This document shows, in pieces, positions 1 through 8,415 of a DNA stretch of 64,000 nucleotides. The position numbers and the translations under genes were made by a program. A model generated the notes under the pieces. The model was not told the DNA's origin and did not search any database. It worked only from the letters and a program-made list of their open reading frames with translations. This DNA is from a virus (Duplodnaviria; Caudoviricetes). How positions within the stretch are numbered: position 1 is the stretch's first letter; the number at the start of each line of letters is the position of its first letter. The stretch is taken from IMG/VR virus record IMGVR_UViG_3300033145_002422; one strand, written 5' to 3'.

Positions 1-1
1 T

Positions 2-88
2 GCAGAACTTATTAATAAAACAACCGTTATGCTTTTATCCAAGAATTTGAAGGGGAATAAAGATGAAGGAAATGAAGATTTTATGTAA
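2..88 (+). CDS. 3' end of an upstream hypothetical gene (partial)
   Basis: Open frame from the window edge, AELINKTTVMLLSKNLKGNKDEGNEDFM, ending at TAA 86-88. Confidence 0.5.
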   Translation, partial: AELINKTTVMLLSKNLKGNKDEGNEDFM

Positions 89-118
89 TAATTCTAATTA
101 AAATATTTGAGTAAAAAC

Positions 119-171
119 AAGGAAAATACAATGATAACCAGAATACAATATATGGTTGTTAATGTATTTTC
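119..171 (+). promoter_or_regulatory. Candidate phage promoter (AAGG-N18-GAAT) overlapping a 19-bp imperfect hairpin
   Basis: GAAAATACAATGATAACCA (122-140) pairs with TGGTTGTTAATGTATTTTC (153-171); the AAGG...GAAT/GTAT motif recurs at 7948, 10706 and 44953. Confidence 0.45.
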
Positions 172-190
172 TCATTGGAGATAATAAAAA

Positions 191-2716
191 ATGTCATTGT
201 TTAGTAAGATATTAAAAAATGTAAAAAGGTGGGCTTCTTCTGTTACTGTTAAAAAATCTCAAATTGCTATTAATGAAAATATTATAGATAAGAGGAAAAG
301 AATATCTAATGAGATATCTTCTTTGGATATAATGATTCAAAAGAAGATATTAGATCTTGTTAACAATTCTATAAATATTCTTGATGAATATCAATTAAAT
401 CAATTATATGATAATATATTGCAAATTCTTTCTGTTTATGTTGGAAACGATTCATATGATTGGTCTGGTTTTGTTAAAAAGATAGAAATGGCTATAAGTT
501 ATTTATCTTCGCAGAAGCAAAAAGAAGAACAGATTACTCAAGAAAAAGAAGAAGGAATGTCTGTAACTGGAAATATTGAAAATATAGTTTATGATTATTT
601 AAAACAAAATACAATAATAGGTAGTAATGGAAGAATTGTTGGTTTGTCTCCTAATATACAACCTCCTACAGATGAAATTAAAAATAATATAATATATTTT
701 AATAAAGTTGTTACAGACAATTCTATTACTGAGGCTGTTGCAAGTCAGGTTATATTGTCTGTAGGAAGAATGATTAGAGGTGAAGATGAAGGTATTTCTG
801 TAGATGAGCCAGAGTATATACAAAAACAAAATAAATATGAGAATCTTCCAGTTCATGTTAGAGATAGACAGGGGAGAAGTATGGCTGGAGACAGAATAGA
901 TTCTATAACTGGCTTCACTCCACAGGCTAAATTATTTATGGATTCTACTGATTTAGTTAATACTATGAAAAGGGTTATAGGCGGTAAAAAAGTTGGAGAT
1001 GATGGAGATGATGCTGTTCATCAAACTATTCAAAGATTTTTAGGACCAGATGCAGATGTTTTTTCAGTAGGCGGGAGTAACATATTGGTAGATTATAAAG
1101 ATGGAAGAATACTATTTTTTATGGAAAATCCTGATTATTTAGTGTCATTCTCTGAAAACAATGGTATAGATCTGGATAATGAGATAAGAACGAGTTTTCA
1201 GCAGACAATTAATTCTGGGAAACAGGATCTTCCTTTAATAACCAGCAAATCTAATGATGTATATCAATATTTATTAAATAATTACGGAGAACACCTTTTT
1301 GAAGAAATAAATAGACTGATTTCTGGTAGAGATAAAAAGTTTTTTTCTTGGTTAGTTGGTAAGTCTCGTTCTAGATTAAGTTCTATTTTACAGAAAAGAC
1401 AACAACAAAAATCATTAGTGGTCGATTCTGATGAGGGAAGATCATTTGAAAGAAAAAATAAAGGAAAGGTTTCGGACCAAGTGAGAGATATTAAACAAGA
1501 AGCTCAAATAGCTAAGAATTATTTTTATTCTGTATTTGACGGGATGAAGAATATAGCTGAAAAGATAAAAATATATTATAGAGATAATAAAGATTATGTT
1601 GGTGAAGATATGATTTCTTCTATGGTTGAAGCTGCATTTTCTAATCTTGAAAATACGTTTACAAAGAATGATACAGAATTGTCAAAGATTTTAAAAAAAC
1701 TTCCTTTTGATAATTTAAAATCTTTTGAATATTTTGTTAAACCAAGGGATGTTCACAGAATATTGGCTAAAAAGGGAGAAAAAAGATTACAAGTTAAAAA
1801 TGATGCTGAAAAAATGTTAAAACAAGGAATGATTATGCAGGATGTTGCTAGGGAGCTAAAAGTTGATCTTGAATATTTAAAAAATACAATAGAATCTCCA
1901 GAAGACAGTATCAAATCCAAGTATACAGGACCAACTGAAGAAGAAGTAAATTCAGCTATGAAAGAAGAGGGAAAGAAATGGCTTGGTATGATAAATTATA
2001 TTGCTGAGCATCCAGAATTTGATCCTAATCCAACTCTTGATGCGAGCATAGATTATAAATCTACTGAAGTTGCTGCAAAAACAAAAGCAATTAAAAATAA
2101 ATTCGGAATAAAAAAAGTTCCAGGTAGTTTAATTAACATAGAAAGTAAAGCAATGTTTTCCGTATTATCTGGAACTTCTCATGCTCAAGTAGCTAATACT
2201 AAGAGAACACAAATAAATAATAGTTATTTTAATGATAGTTATTTAAAAGCTTATTATACAAAAGTAGTTCATAGATTTGAAAGAAGTTCTTTTGAGAAAC
2301 TGGGAACTGATTTTATCCATTGGGCTGATATTCTTGTTGAAATGTCCGCTAAAGAAGCCAAAGAAGGAAATCCGCTAGAGGGATTACATAGAAAGGTATT
2401 TTTGAATTTAATACCTATACATAGTAGATTTAAAAGACCAAGTTCAAAGCAATCTGATGCTTGGGCGCAAAAATATGTTCCTATGTATTTTGATATTCTT
2501 GAAGAGAATATTCCATCTAAGTCTCCAAAGATTGCTAATACTAAAGAATATATGATATTTGCTATAGCCATGAGAGCTATGAATAAAATAGATTCTCTTG
2601 CTGGGGTTATGAATGGAATGATTAAACTTTCTTATTGCACTAGTAGGGGAAAAATTTCCGATGAAATAGATAGAATAGTATTAGAAACTAAGGTTTCTAT
2701 AGATATGGTGAAATAA
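191..2716 (+). CDS. Large hypothetical protein with possible sigma-like region 2 and HTH (possibly virion-associated)
   Basis: 841-aa ORF with GGAG RBS; DDAVHQTIQRFL...KFFSWLVGKSRSRL and KQGMIMQDVARELKVDLEYLKNTI segments. The ORF is solid, the function is speculative. Confidence 0.6.
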   Translation: MSLFSKILKNVKRWASSVTVKKSQIAINENIIDKRKRISNEISSLDIMIQKKILDLVNNSINILDEYQLNQLYDNILQILSVYVGNDSYDWSGFVKKIEMAISYLSSQKQKEEQITQEKEEGMSVTGNIENIVYDYLKQNTIIGSNGRIVGLSPNIQPPTDEIKNNIIYFNKVVTDNSITEAVASQVILSVGRMIRGEDEGISVDEPEYIQKQNKYENLPVHVRDRQGRSMAGDRIDSITGFTPQAKLFMDSTDLVNTMKRVIGGKKVGDDGDDAVHQTIQRFLGPDADVFSVGGSNILVDYKDGRILFFMENPDYLVSFSENNGIDLDNEIRTSFQQTINSGKQDLPLITSKSNDVYQYLLNNYGEHLFEEINRLISGRDKKFFSWLVGKSRSRLSSILQKRQQQKSLVVDSDEGRSFERKNKGKVSDQVRDIKQEAQIAKNYFYSVFDGMKNIAEKIKIYYRDNKDYVGEDMISSMVEAAFSNLENTFTKNDTELSKILKKLPFDNLKSFEYFVKPRDVHRILAKKGEKRLQVKNDAEKMLKQGMIMQDVARELKVDLEYLKNTIESPEDSIKSKYTGPTEEEVNSAMKEEGKKWLGMINYIAEHPEFDPNPTLDASIDYKSTEVAAKTKAIKNKFGIKKVPGSLINIESKAMFSVLSGTSHAQVANTKRTQINNSYFNDSYLKAYYTKVVHRFERSSFEKLGTDFIHWADILVEMSAKEAKEGNPLEGLHRKVFLNLIPIHSRFKRPSSKQSDAWAQKYVPMYFDILEENIPSKSPKIANTKEYMIFAIAMRAMNKIDSLAGVMNGMIKLSYCTSRGKISDEIDRIVLETKVSIDMVK

Positions 2717-2893
2717 ATGAAAATTTATTGTGTTTGTAGTTTTTGCGGACATCATTCTTCTGATGATTTAACTTTAGAGTTTAACTTTAGAGATAGTGTA
2801 GTCTATTTTGTTTGTCCTAAATGTAAGAAAGAAAATAAAATGGAATTAAAACCTCCTCAAAAACCTTTTCCAAAGATAAGAACAACGAGATAA
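2717..2893 (+). CDS. Small zinc-ribbon protein (58 aa, below the ORF-track cutoff)
   Basis: MKIYCVCSFCGHH...FVCPKCKKENKMELKPPQKPFPKIRTTR; two CxxC pairs; exactly fills the gap, starting right after the upstream TAA and overlapping the next ATG. Confidence 0.8.
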   Translation: MKIYCVCSFCGHHSSDDLTLEFNFRDSVVYFVCPKCKKENKMELKPPQKPFPKIRTTR

Positions 2894-3450
2894 TGTATTT
2901 AATAGCAAATTCAACATCTAGTTTCGTAGAATTGGCTGATTTGGGCGTTTCTTTAAAGCCAAAGCAGGCTCTTGATCTACATGCCATGGGGTATAAGGGG
3001 AAGTCTGAATCTTCATCGGATTTAAAAAAGGCAATAAAAAATGGTTGGATAAAAGTTCTTAAAAAAGATAAGGTTGCTATTAGAAAAGAAATTATTAAAG
3101 AAAGAATTGTAGAAAGAACTAGCGATGGGAATAAAGAAGAAATGTTAAGAAGTATACGTAAAATTATTCAAGAAGAAATAAAAAATATTAAAATAGATAA
3201 TTCGAATAGTGTTCCAAATAATTTATTGGAAACTTTGTCAGAGTTGATTAAAAATGGAGGCGATAAACAAAATATTGATAGTAATTTATTTAATGATGAT
3301 GGAGTAGATATAGAAAAAATGCAAGAGATACATATGAAAGTAGCTAAAAAAGTTATGAAGGGGGCTTCTTCTTCTGTCAATTATGAAGAGGAAAAGGTAA
3401 AAGATTCTTCTATGAAAAGCAATATTGCAGAGTTAGAGGATTTAATATAA
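2893..3450 (+). CDS. Hypothetical protein
   Basis: 185-aa ORF translationally coupled (TAATG) to the previous gene. Confidence 0.75.
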   Translation: MYLIANSTSSFVELADLGVSLKPKQALDLHAMGYKGKSESSSDLKKAIKNGWIKVLKKDKVAIRKEIIKERIVERTSDGNKEEMLRSIRKIIQEEIKNIKIDNSNSVPNNLLETLSELIKNGGDKQNIDSNLFNDDGVDIEKMQEIHMKVAKKVMKGASSSVNYEEEKVKDSSMKSNIAELEDLI

Positions 3451-3469
3451 ATTAAGGAGGATGAATTAT

Positions 3470-4561
3470 ATGAGTAAGGCTATTGGTGCTGACTGCGGTA
3501 CGATGTTTTTTCAAGTTGCTGAAAATGAAGAGAATGGAGATATAAAGATTAAGACAACGAGAAATGCTTTTGTTGAGTTGGCGGAATCTTCTGATGATGA
3601 TATAGAAGATGTTTTGAAAAGAAATAAATGGCAATATGTACAAGATGGGAATAAATATTATGTAATAGGAGAAGATTCTCTTAGAGTAGCAAAAATGTTT
3701 CCAGGTAGGGTTGAATTACGAAGGCCAATGCAGGATGGTGTTTTGAATAAGGGAGAAGATAAGAAGCTTTTGGTTCTTGGAGAATTAATAGAATCTTCTA
3801 TAGGAAAAGCCCCAGATAATAAATCAGTTGTTTGTATTTGTATTTCATCTGATTCTGTAGATGATTCTATGGATAGTACATTTCATAAAGCAAGGCTAAC
3901 TGGTTTATTTAAGAGATTAGATTGGAATATAAAAATTATTGAAGAAGGATTAGCGGTTGTTCTTTCTGAAAGACCAACAATTATTGAAGAAGATGGAAGC
4001 GAATCTCCATATAGTGGAGTTGGATTGTCATTTGGAGCAGGAAGAACGAATTGCGTTCTTGCTTACAAGGGTTTAAAGGTTATCGGTATGAGTTGCGCTA
4101 GATCTGGAGATTGGGTTGATCAGAAGGTTTCTGAGCAAACTGATACTCCAGTTTCTCAGGTTATTTCAAAAAAAGAAAAACAGCTAGATTTTTCTAATCT
4201 TGATTATGAAGATGATGTAATTTTTGCTTTAGATGCTTATTATGGTGCAATGATTGAGTTTGTTTTTAGCCATTTTGCAAAGAAATTTGCAGCGGTTAAA
4301 AGTCAATTTGATGCTCCTTTGGATATAATTGTTGCTGGCGGAACATCAATGCCAAAAGGATTTTGTAAGAAATTGGAAGAAGTAATAAAAAGAATGGATT
4401 TGCCTTTTAAGATTAAGGAAATAAAACATTCTGCTGATCCAAGAAATTCGGTAGTTAAGGGATGTTTGACTCAGGCTTCTATTACTAAGAAGAAGTTAGA
4501 CAAGTTAGACAAGTTAGACAAAGGTAAAGATTCAGATTTGGCTGAGATTTTAGGAGAATAA
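3470..4561 (+). CDS. Actin-like ATPase (MreB/ParM/FtsA superfamily)
   Basis: Phosphate-1 AIGADCGT, phosphate-2 GLSFGAGRTN, adenosine motif IIVAGGTS; AAGGAGG spacing favours ATG 3470 over 3461. Confidence 0.85.
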   Translation: MSKAIGADCGTMFFQVAENEENGDIKIKTTRNAFVELAESSDDDIEDVLKRNKWQYVQDGNKYYVIGEDSLRVAKMFPGRVELRRPMQDGVLNKGEDKKLLVLGELIESSIGKAPDNKSVVCICISSDSVDDSMDSTFHKARLTGLFKRLDWNIKIIEEGLAVVLSERPTIIEEDGSESPYSGVGLSFGAGRTNCVLAYKGLKVIGMSCARSGDWVDQKVSEQTDTPVSQVISKKEKQLDFSNLDYEDDVIFALDAYYGAMIEFVFSHFAKKFAAVKSQFDAPLDIIVAGGTSMPKGFCKKLEEVIKRMDLPFKIKEIKHSADPRNSVVKGCLTQASITKKKLDKLDKLDKGKDSDLAEILGE

Positions 4562-4564
4562 TAA

Positions 4565-5290
4565 ATGGGATATTCCACTATAACATTGATTGAAAGGATT
4601 TTAGCTCAAGCTTTGACTAGTTCTTCTCCAAAAGATTTATCTACACCAGTAGACCTTTTGAAAATAGGAAATACATTAGATACTAATTTGGTTTCTGAAT
4701 CCATAGCTGATCAATATATATTATGGGCAGATGAAGATATTAATGCAGCTATTAATGAATTATATAAAACTCCGTTATGTGAAAAAGCTGATTTCGAAAG
4801 AACTCTTTTTTCTGATATAAACGAATATAATCCATATATAATTACTGATAAGGGTTGCCCATGGTACCCTGGAGACATAATTATATTAAATGATGGGATA
4901 CATGAAGAAAGGCATATTATAAAAGAAGTGGTAGATTTGGTTAATAGAAACGTTTTTTTAACTGAGCAACCAGTTAATTATTATTTTAAAGCATCTAATA
5001 CAAGGGTTATAAGAATTAAATATCCAGAACCAGTAACATTGGTTTCTGCAAGGTTAGCTGCTGCGAACATATATGATAAATATTTAATGTCTCAATCAGC
5101 ACCTAATAAATCTGAATATGGTCAGTATTTAAGACAGATGGCCAGAGTAGATATAAATAATATTTTGAATGGAAGAACGATTCTTCATGGTCAACAAAGA
5201 ATTGGAAGAAGATTCTATAACGCTAATCTAGTTGATAGATATAGTTTACCTGGAGATTGGGGAGAACATAATATGGAGGATATTAGTTAA
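4565..5290 (+). CDS. Head-tail adaptor, Mu gp36/DUF1320-like, with an inserted beta domain
   Basis: ADEDINAAINELYKTPL...PEPVTLVSARLAAANIY...INNILNG pattern of gp36-like neck proteins; position before the tail genes. Confidence 0.6.
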   Translation: MGYSTITLIERILAQALTSSSPKDLSTPVDLLKIGNTLDTNLVSESIADQYILWADEDINAAINELYKTPLCEKADFERTLFSDINEYNPYIITDKGCPWYPGDIIILNDGIHEERHIIKEVVDLVNRNVFLTEQPVNYYFKASNTRVIRIKYPEPVTLVSARLAAANIYDKYLMSQSAPNKSEYGQYLRQMARVDINNILNGRTILHGQQRIGRRFYNANLVDRYSLPGDWGEHNMEDIS

Positions 5291-5574
5291 TGGAAATTAA
5301 ATCCAACATAAATGAAGTTATAGAGAAGTTAAAAGAGTTTAAGAAACCATTCATTAAAATTGAGAGTGATAATTATTCTATCATTGTCGAAGATGCTAAA
5401 TTTACAACTATAGAAAATAAATTAGATACAAATAGGCTTAGTAGTTCGGAAAATGATGCTATTAATGAATCAACTTATTTGGAAGTTAGGCAGGGATTAG
5501 GAGCAGATCAAAACAGTTTTGATGAGGTAATAAATAGATTTATGAGAGATTATTTAGAGGGAATATTTAAATAA
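5290..5574 (+). CDS. Hypothetical neck-region protein
   Basis: 94-aa ORF coupled to the upstream gene in the neck cluster. Confidence 0.65.
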   Translation: MEIKSNINEVIEKLKEFKKPFIKIESDNYSIIVEDAKFTTIENKLDTNRLSSSENDAINESTYLEVRQGLGADQNSFDEVINRFMRDYLEGIFK

Positions 5575-5575
5575 A

Positions 5576-5803
5576 TGGAATATTATTAATAATTTAAAAT
5601 TAAAGGATAGAACCTGGATTTGCAGTAATTGTAAAGAAGAACATGATAGAGACACAAATGCTGCTATAAATATTAAAACATTTGCACTACAAAAACAAAA
5701 CTTAATTTCACCCACGGACTGTGGGGTAGAGCTTCTGGAGAGATCTTGTTATAATAAGGCTCTGTGAGAGAAGAATCCTTATATAAGTACTAGGAATATG
5801 CCA
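5576..5803 (+). mobile_element. tnpB: IS200/IS605-family remnant: tnpB C-terminal fragment plus right end
   Basis: Start-less frame 5576-5767 reads NNLKLKDRTWICSNCKEEHDRDTNAAINIK (TnpB Zn-ribbon/RuvC-III signature); terminus GAATCC...AGGAATATGCCA resembles IS605 right ends. Confidence 0.85.
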
Positions 5804-5823
5804 TGGAATATTTAATTGATAGC
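5700..5823 (+). ncRNA. Putative omega-RNA (TnpB guide RNA) scaffold plus flanking guide
   Basis: CCCAC-GGACT-GTGGG hairpin (5711-5725), CTTCT/AGAAG pairing and a terminal TCCT...AGGA hairpin overlapping the tnpB 3' end; the 5' boundary is approximate. Confidence 0.5.
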
Positions 5824-6705
5824 GTTAGAAGGATAATTTCAAGATGGGTAAGCACTAATGCTCCGCTTATTTCAGATGCTTCTGCTGGAGATACGACTAT
5901 TGAAGTTACCACTTCTAAAAGATTCAAAGAAGGAGATGAAGTTATGTTGAGAAATCTAACGACTGGTGAAACTCCTCTTTATGTTGATGAGATAGTAGAT
6001 GATACACATATTAAATTGACTACTCCAATTAGGTTTCCATGGAAGGTTGCAGAGACTTCTATTATAGAAAAAACATTTAGACAAATGTTTGTTCAGGGAA
6101 TATATGTAGGAGATACTGATAATATACCTATGTATCCTGCTATTACTGTAGATGCAAGTAGTAGGGATTCAGAGTGGTTAACCATAGATAGCACAAAAGA
6201 GATGTATAGGCTTAAAGTAACTATTTATGTAAAAGCAGGAAGTCAAGAAGACACATATAGATTTTTATTGAATATGGTTGATACTATACAATATGGTTTA
6301 AAACAGAATATCTATCCTCTTGTTGCACCTTATGAAGTGACTACTCCAAAAGTTAATATATCTACTGGAGATGAGTATATAAAAGTTAATGATGTAAGTA
6401 TTTTTAATACAACTACAAAACATAGGATATTAATAGAAGATTTGTTTAAAACAGAGGAATTTGTTGTGGCTGAAATTGTAGATTCAGAAACTATAAGAGT
6501 TGCTCCGAAGGTTTGCCACGATTATATTATTAGTGATAATGCTAAAGTTATAAGTGTTAAAAGATTTTTTTACAATTCTTGGCCGGATAATATAGAATAT
6601 GGAACTATTTTTAAAGGGACTATGCTTAAGGCTGCTACAATTAATTGGTTTGCTTGGGAAGAAGAATTACATTTACAACCTCCAATGGATGTTAGTTTAA
6701 CATAA
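5803..6705 (+). CDS. Tail terminator/completion-like protein with two inserted beta domains
   Basis: YVGD...MYPAITV...YRLKVTIYVK...LVDTIQYGL-type core typical of tail completion proteins; synteny before the tube gene. Confidence 0.55.
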   Translation: MEYLIDSVRRIISRWVSTNAPLISDASAGDTTIEVTTSKRFKEGDEVMLRNLTTGETPLYVDEIVDDTHIKLTTPIRFPWKVAETSIIEKTFRQMFVQGIYVGDTDNIPMYPAITVDASSRDSEWLTIDSTKEMYRLKVTIYVKAGSQEDTYRFLLNMVDTIQYGLKQNIYPLVAPYEVTTPKVNISTGDEYIKVNDVSIFNTTTKHRILIEDLFKTEEFVVAEIVDSETIRVAPKVCHDYIISDNAKVISVKRFFYNSWPDNIEYGTIFKGTMLKAATINWFAWEEELHLQPPMDVSLT

Positions 6706-6725
6706 GAGAGAAAGGAAAGAAGGTA

Positions 6726-7928
6726 ATGAGAATACTAACAGTATGTGCATCGCCATATTTATTGACAAAATTGGGAAGAATGAATTCTTGTATTTTGAGA
6801 AAGTTAAAGGAAGAAGGAATAGAAGTAGCTTCTGCTGTTTGGCATCATGATGTTTCATATTTTCTTCCTAATAATGATGGTAAATATGAGTTTGAAAAAG
6901 ATAATTCAGTAGTATGTTTATTGTATCCATTTCATAATTATGCAGAGAAAAATGCCCCAGCGGTATATGATATTATAAAAGATTTCAATCCAGATATTGT
7001 TATTTCTATAGGTGATTATACAGATACTGATTTTATTTTTTCTATAAAGGCTTTAATGCCAATGTCTTTTAAATGGATAAGTATATTAGCTATAGACAGT
7101 ATGCCAATTAACGAGAGAAGAAAAGAGGCGTTTGAGTTTATAGATGTTGCTGTAGTTACAAGCAAAATGGCATTAGAAGAAATTAAAAAGGTTTCTAAAG
7201 TTGAAACAGTTTTTTCTTATTTTGGAACGGATCATAATATATTTAAAAAAGATAAAAAAATATTTCCAGAAAAAGATAAGTTGAGAGTTATAAGTTGTGC
7301 TAAAAATTCCCAATCTTCTGGAACAGCTTCCTTTATAAAAGGTGTTGCTGAAGCAAATAAAATAAATAATCATATTATTGGATATCTTCATACAAATGTT
7401 TCAGATAGGGGAGACTACGACATACCTTTACTTATAGAAAGGTTTGATGCTTCAGAAAGTGTAATATTACCAGATAATTTTGTTGGTTTAAATGATGGTA
7501 TATCTGATTTTGAATTGAATAAAGAATATAATAAATCCGATGTTATTGCCGATTTGTCTGTCAGATCATCTACTGGATTGACTGTTTTAGAGGCTATGGC
7601 AACCGGATGCATTCCATTATATACAGATGTTGGAGCTATTGGAGAGATAGGTAAGATGTTGTCTAATGAAGATTTGAATATACAAGGTAATACATATATA
7701 GGACAATTTGAGGAATACTATAAAATAGTATCAATAGAAGATTTTACTGAAAAATTATTGAAATTATATGAATTAAAGAAGGATAATGTAGAATTATTTT
7801 TTAATCTTAATAAAGAAAGCATAAATATATCTAGTTTATTTTCTGAAGATATTTTTATGAAAACAATAAAGGATGTTATAAAAAGAGTTGGTATTATAGA
7901 TAGAAAGGTAGAAGTTGAGATTATGTAA
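6726..7928 (+). CDS. GT-B (family 4-like) glycosyltransferase, possibly degenerate
   Basis: FNPDIVIS, YNKSDVI...STGLTVLEAMATGCIPLYTDVGAIGEI. Confidence 0.8.
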   Translation: MRILTVCASPYLLTKLGRMNSCILRKLKEEGIEVASAVWHHDVSYFLPNNDGKYEFEKDNSVVCLLYPFHNYAEKNAPAVYDIIKDFNPDIVISIGDYTDTDFIFSIKALMPMSFKWISILAIDSMPINERRKEAFEFIDVAVVTSKMALEEIKKVSKVETVFSYFGTDHNIFKKDKKIFPEKDKLRVISCAKNSQSSGTASFIKGVAEANKINNHIIGYLHTNVSDRGDYDIPLLIERFDASESVILPDNFVGLNDGISDFELNKEYNKSDVIADLSVRSSTGLTVLEAMATGCIPLYTDVGAIGEIGKMLSNEDLNIQGNTYIGQFEEYYKIVSIEDFTEKLLKLYELKKDNVELFFNLNKESINISSLFSEDIFMKTIKDVIKRVGIIDRKVEVEIM

Positions 7929-8007
7929 ATTTTGAAAAATAATAAAAAAGGATAAGAAGATTTTTTCAAAGAATTAATAATAAGTAATATTAAAGGGAGA
8001 AAATAAT

Positions 8008-8373
8008 ATGGCTCTTATAAGTTTTGTAGATTATAGAACACTTAGCGATGATCTTGCAGCAGCAAGAGAAAGTACATTGAATATTATGTCATTTACTTTT
8101 GATGCTGTATATACTGTTGTTTTATTGCAGGATGTTCAGCAAGAAGTAGATATGCTAAATGATTTCTGGAATACATATTTATTAAATGCGGATACTTTTG
8201 AAACGCCATCAACGTTGCTTGGTGCTGTAAGATCAATGGATTCTCATGTATTAAATAGGAGCAGTTATACTACTGTAGATTCTTATCTAGTTGCTAACGG
8301 TGGAACGGTTTCTCAGGTTTTTGCCGATTTATCCGCTTCTGCTGGATATCCTATAACAGAAATAGATCCATAA
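8008..8373 (+). CDS. Hypothetical (likely virion) protein
   Basis: 121-aa ORF with GGGAG RBS immediately before the tail tube gene. Confidence 0.7.
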   Translation: MALISFVDYRTLSDDLAAARESTLNIMSFTFDAVYTVVLLQDVQQEVDMLNDFWNTYLLNADTFETPSTLLGAVRSMDSHVLNRSSYTTVDSYLVANGGTVSQVFADLSASAGYPITEIDP

Positions 8374-8415
8374 TTGATGTTAAGATTATATAAATACTAA
8401 ACAGGAGTATAATAA

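Noticed and set aside
5575-5803. Intact active IS or group I intron/IStron
   Set aside because: Only about 230 bp; no tnpA, no tnpB start or N-terminal domains, no recognisable intron core
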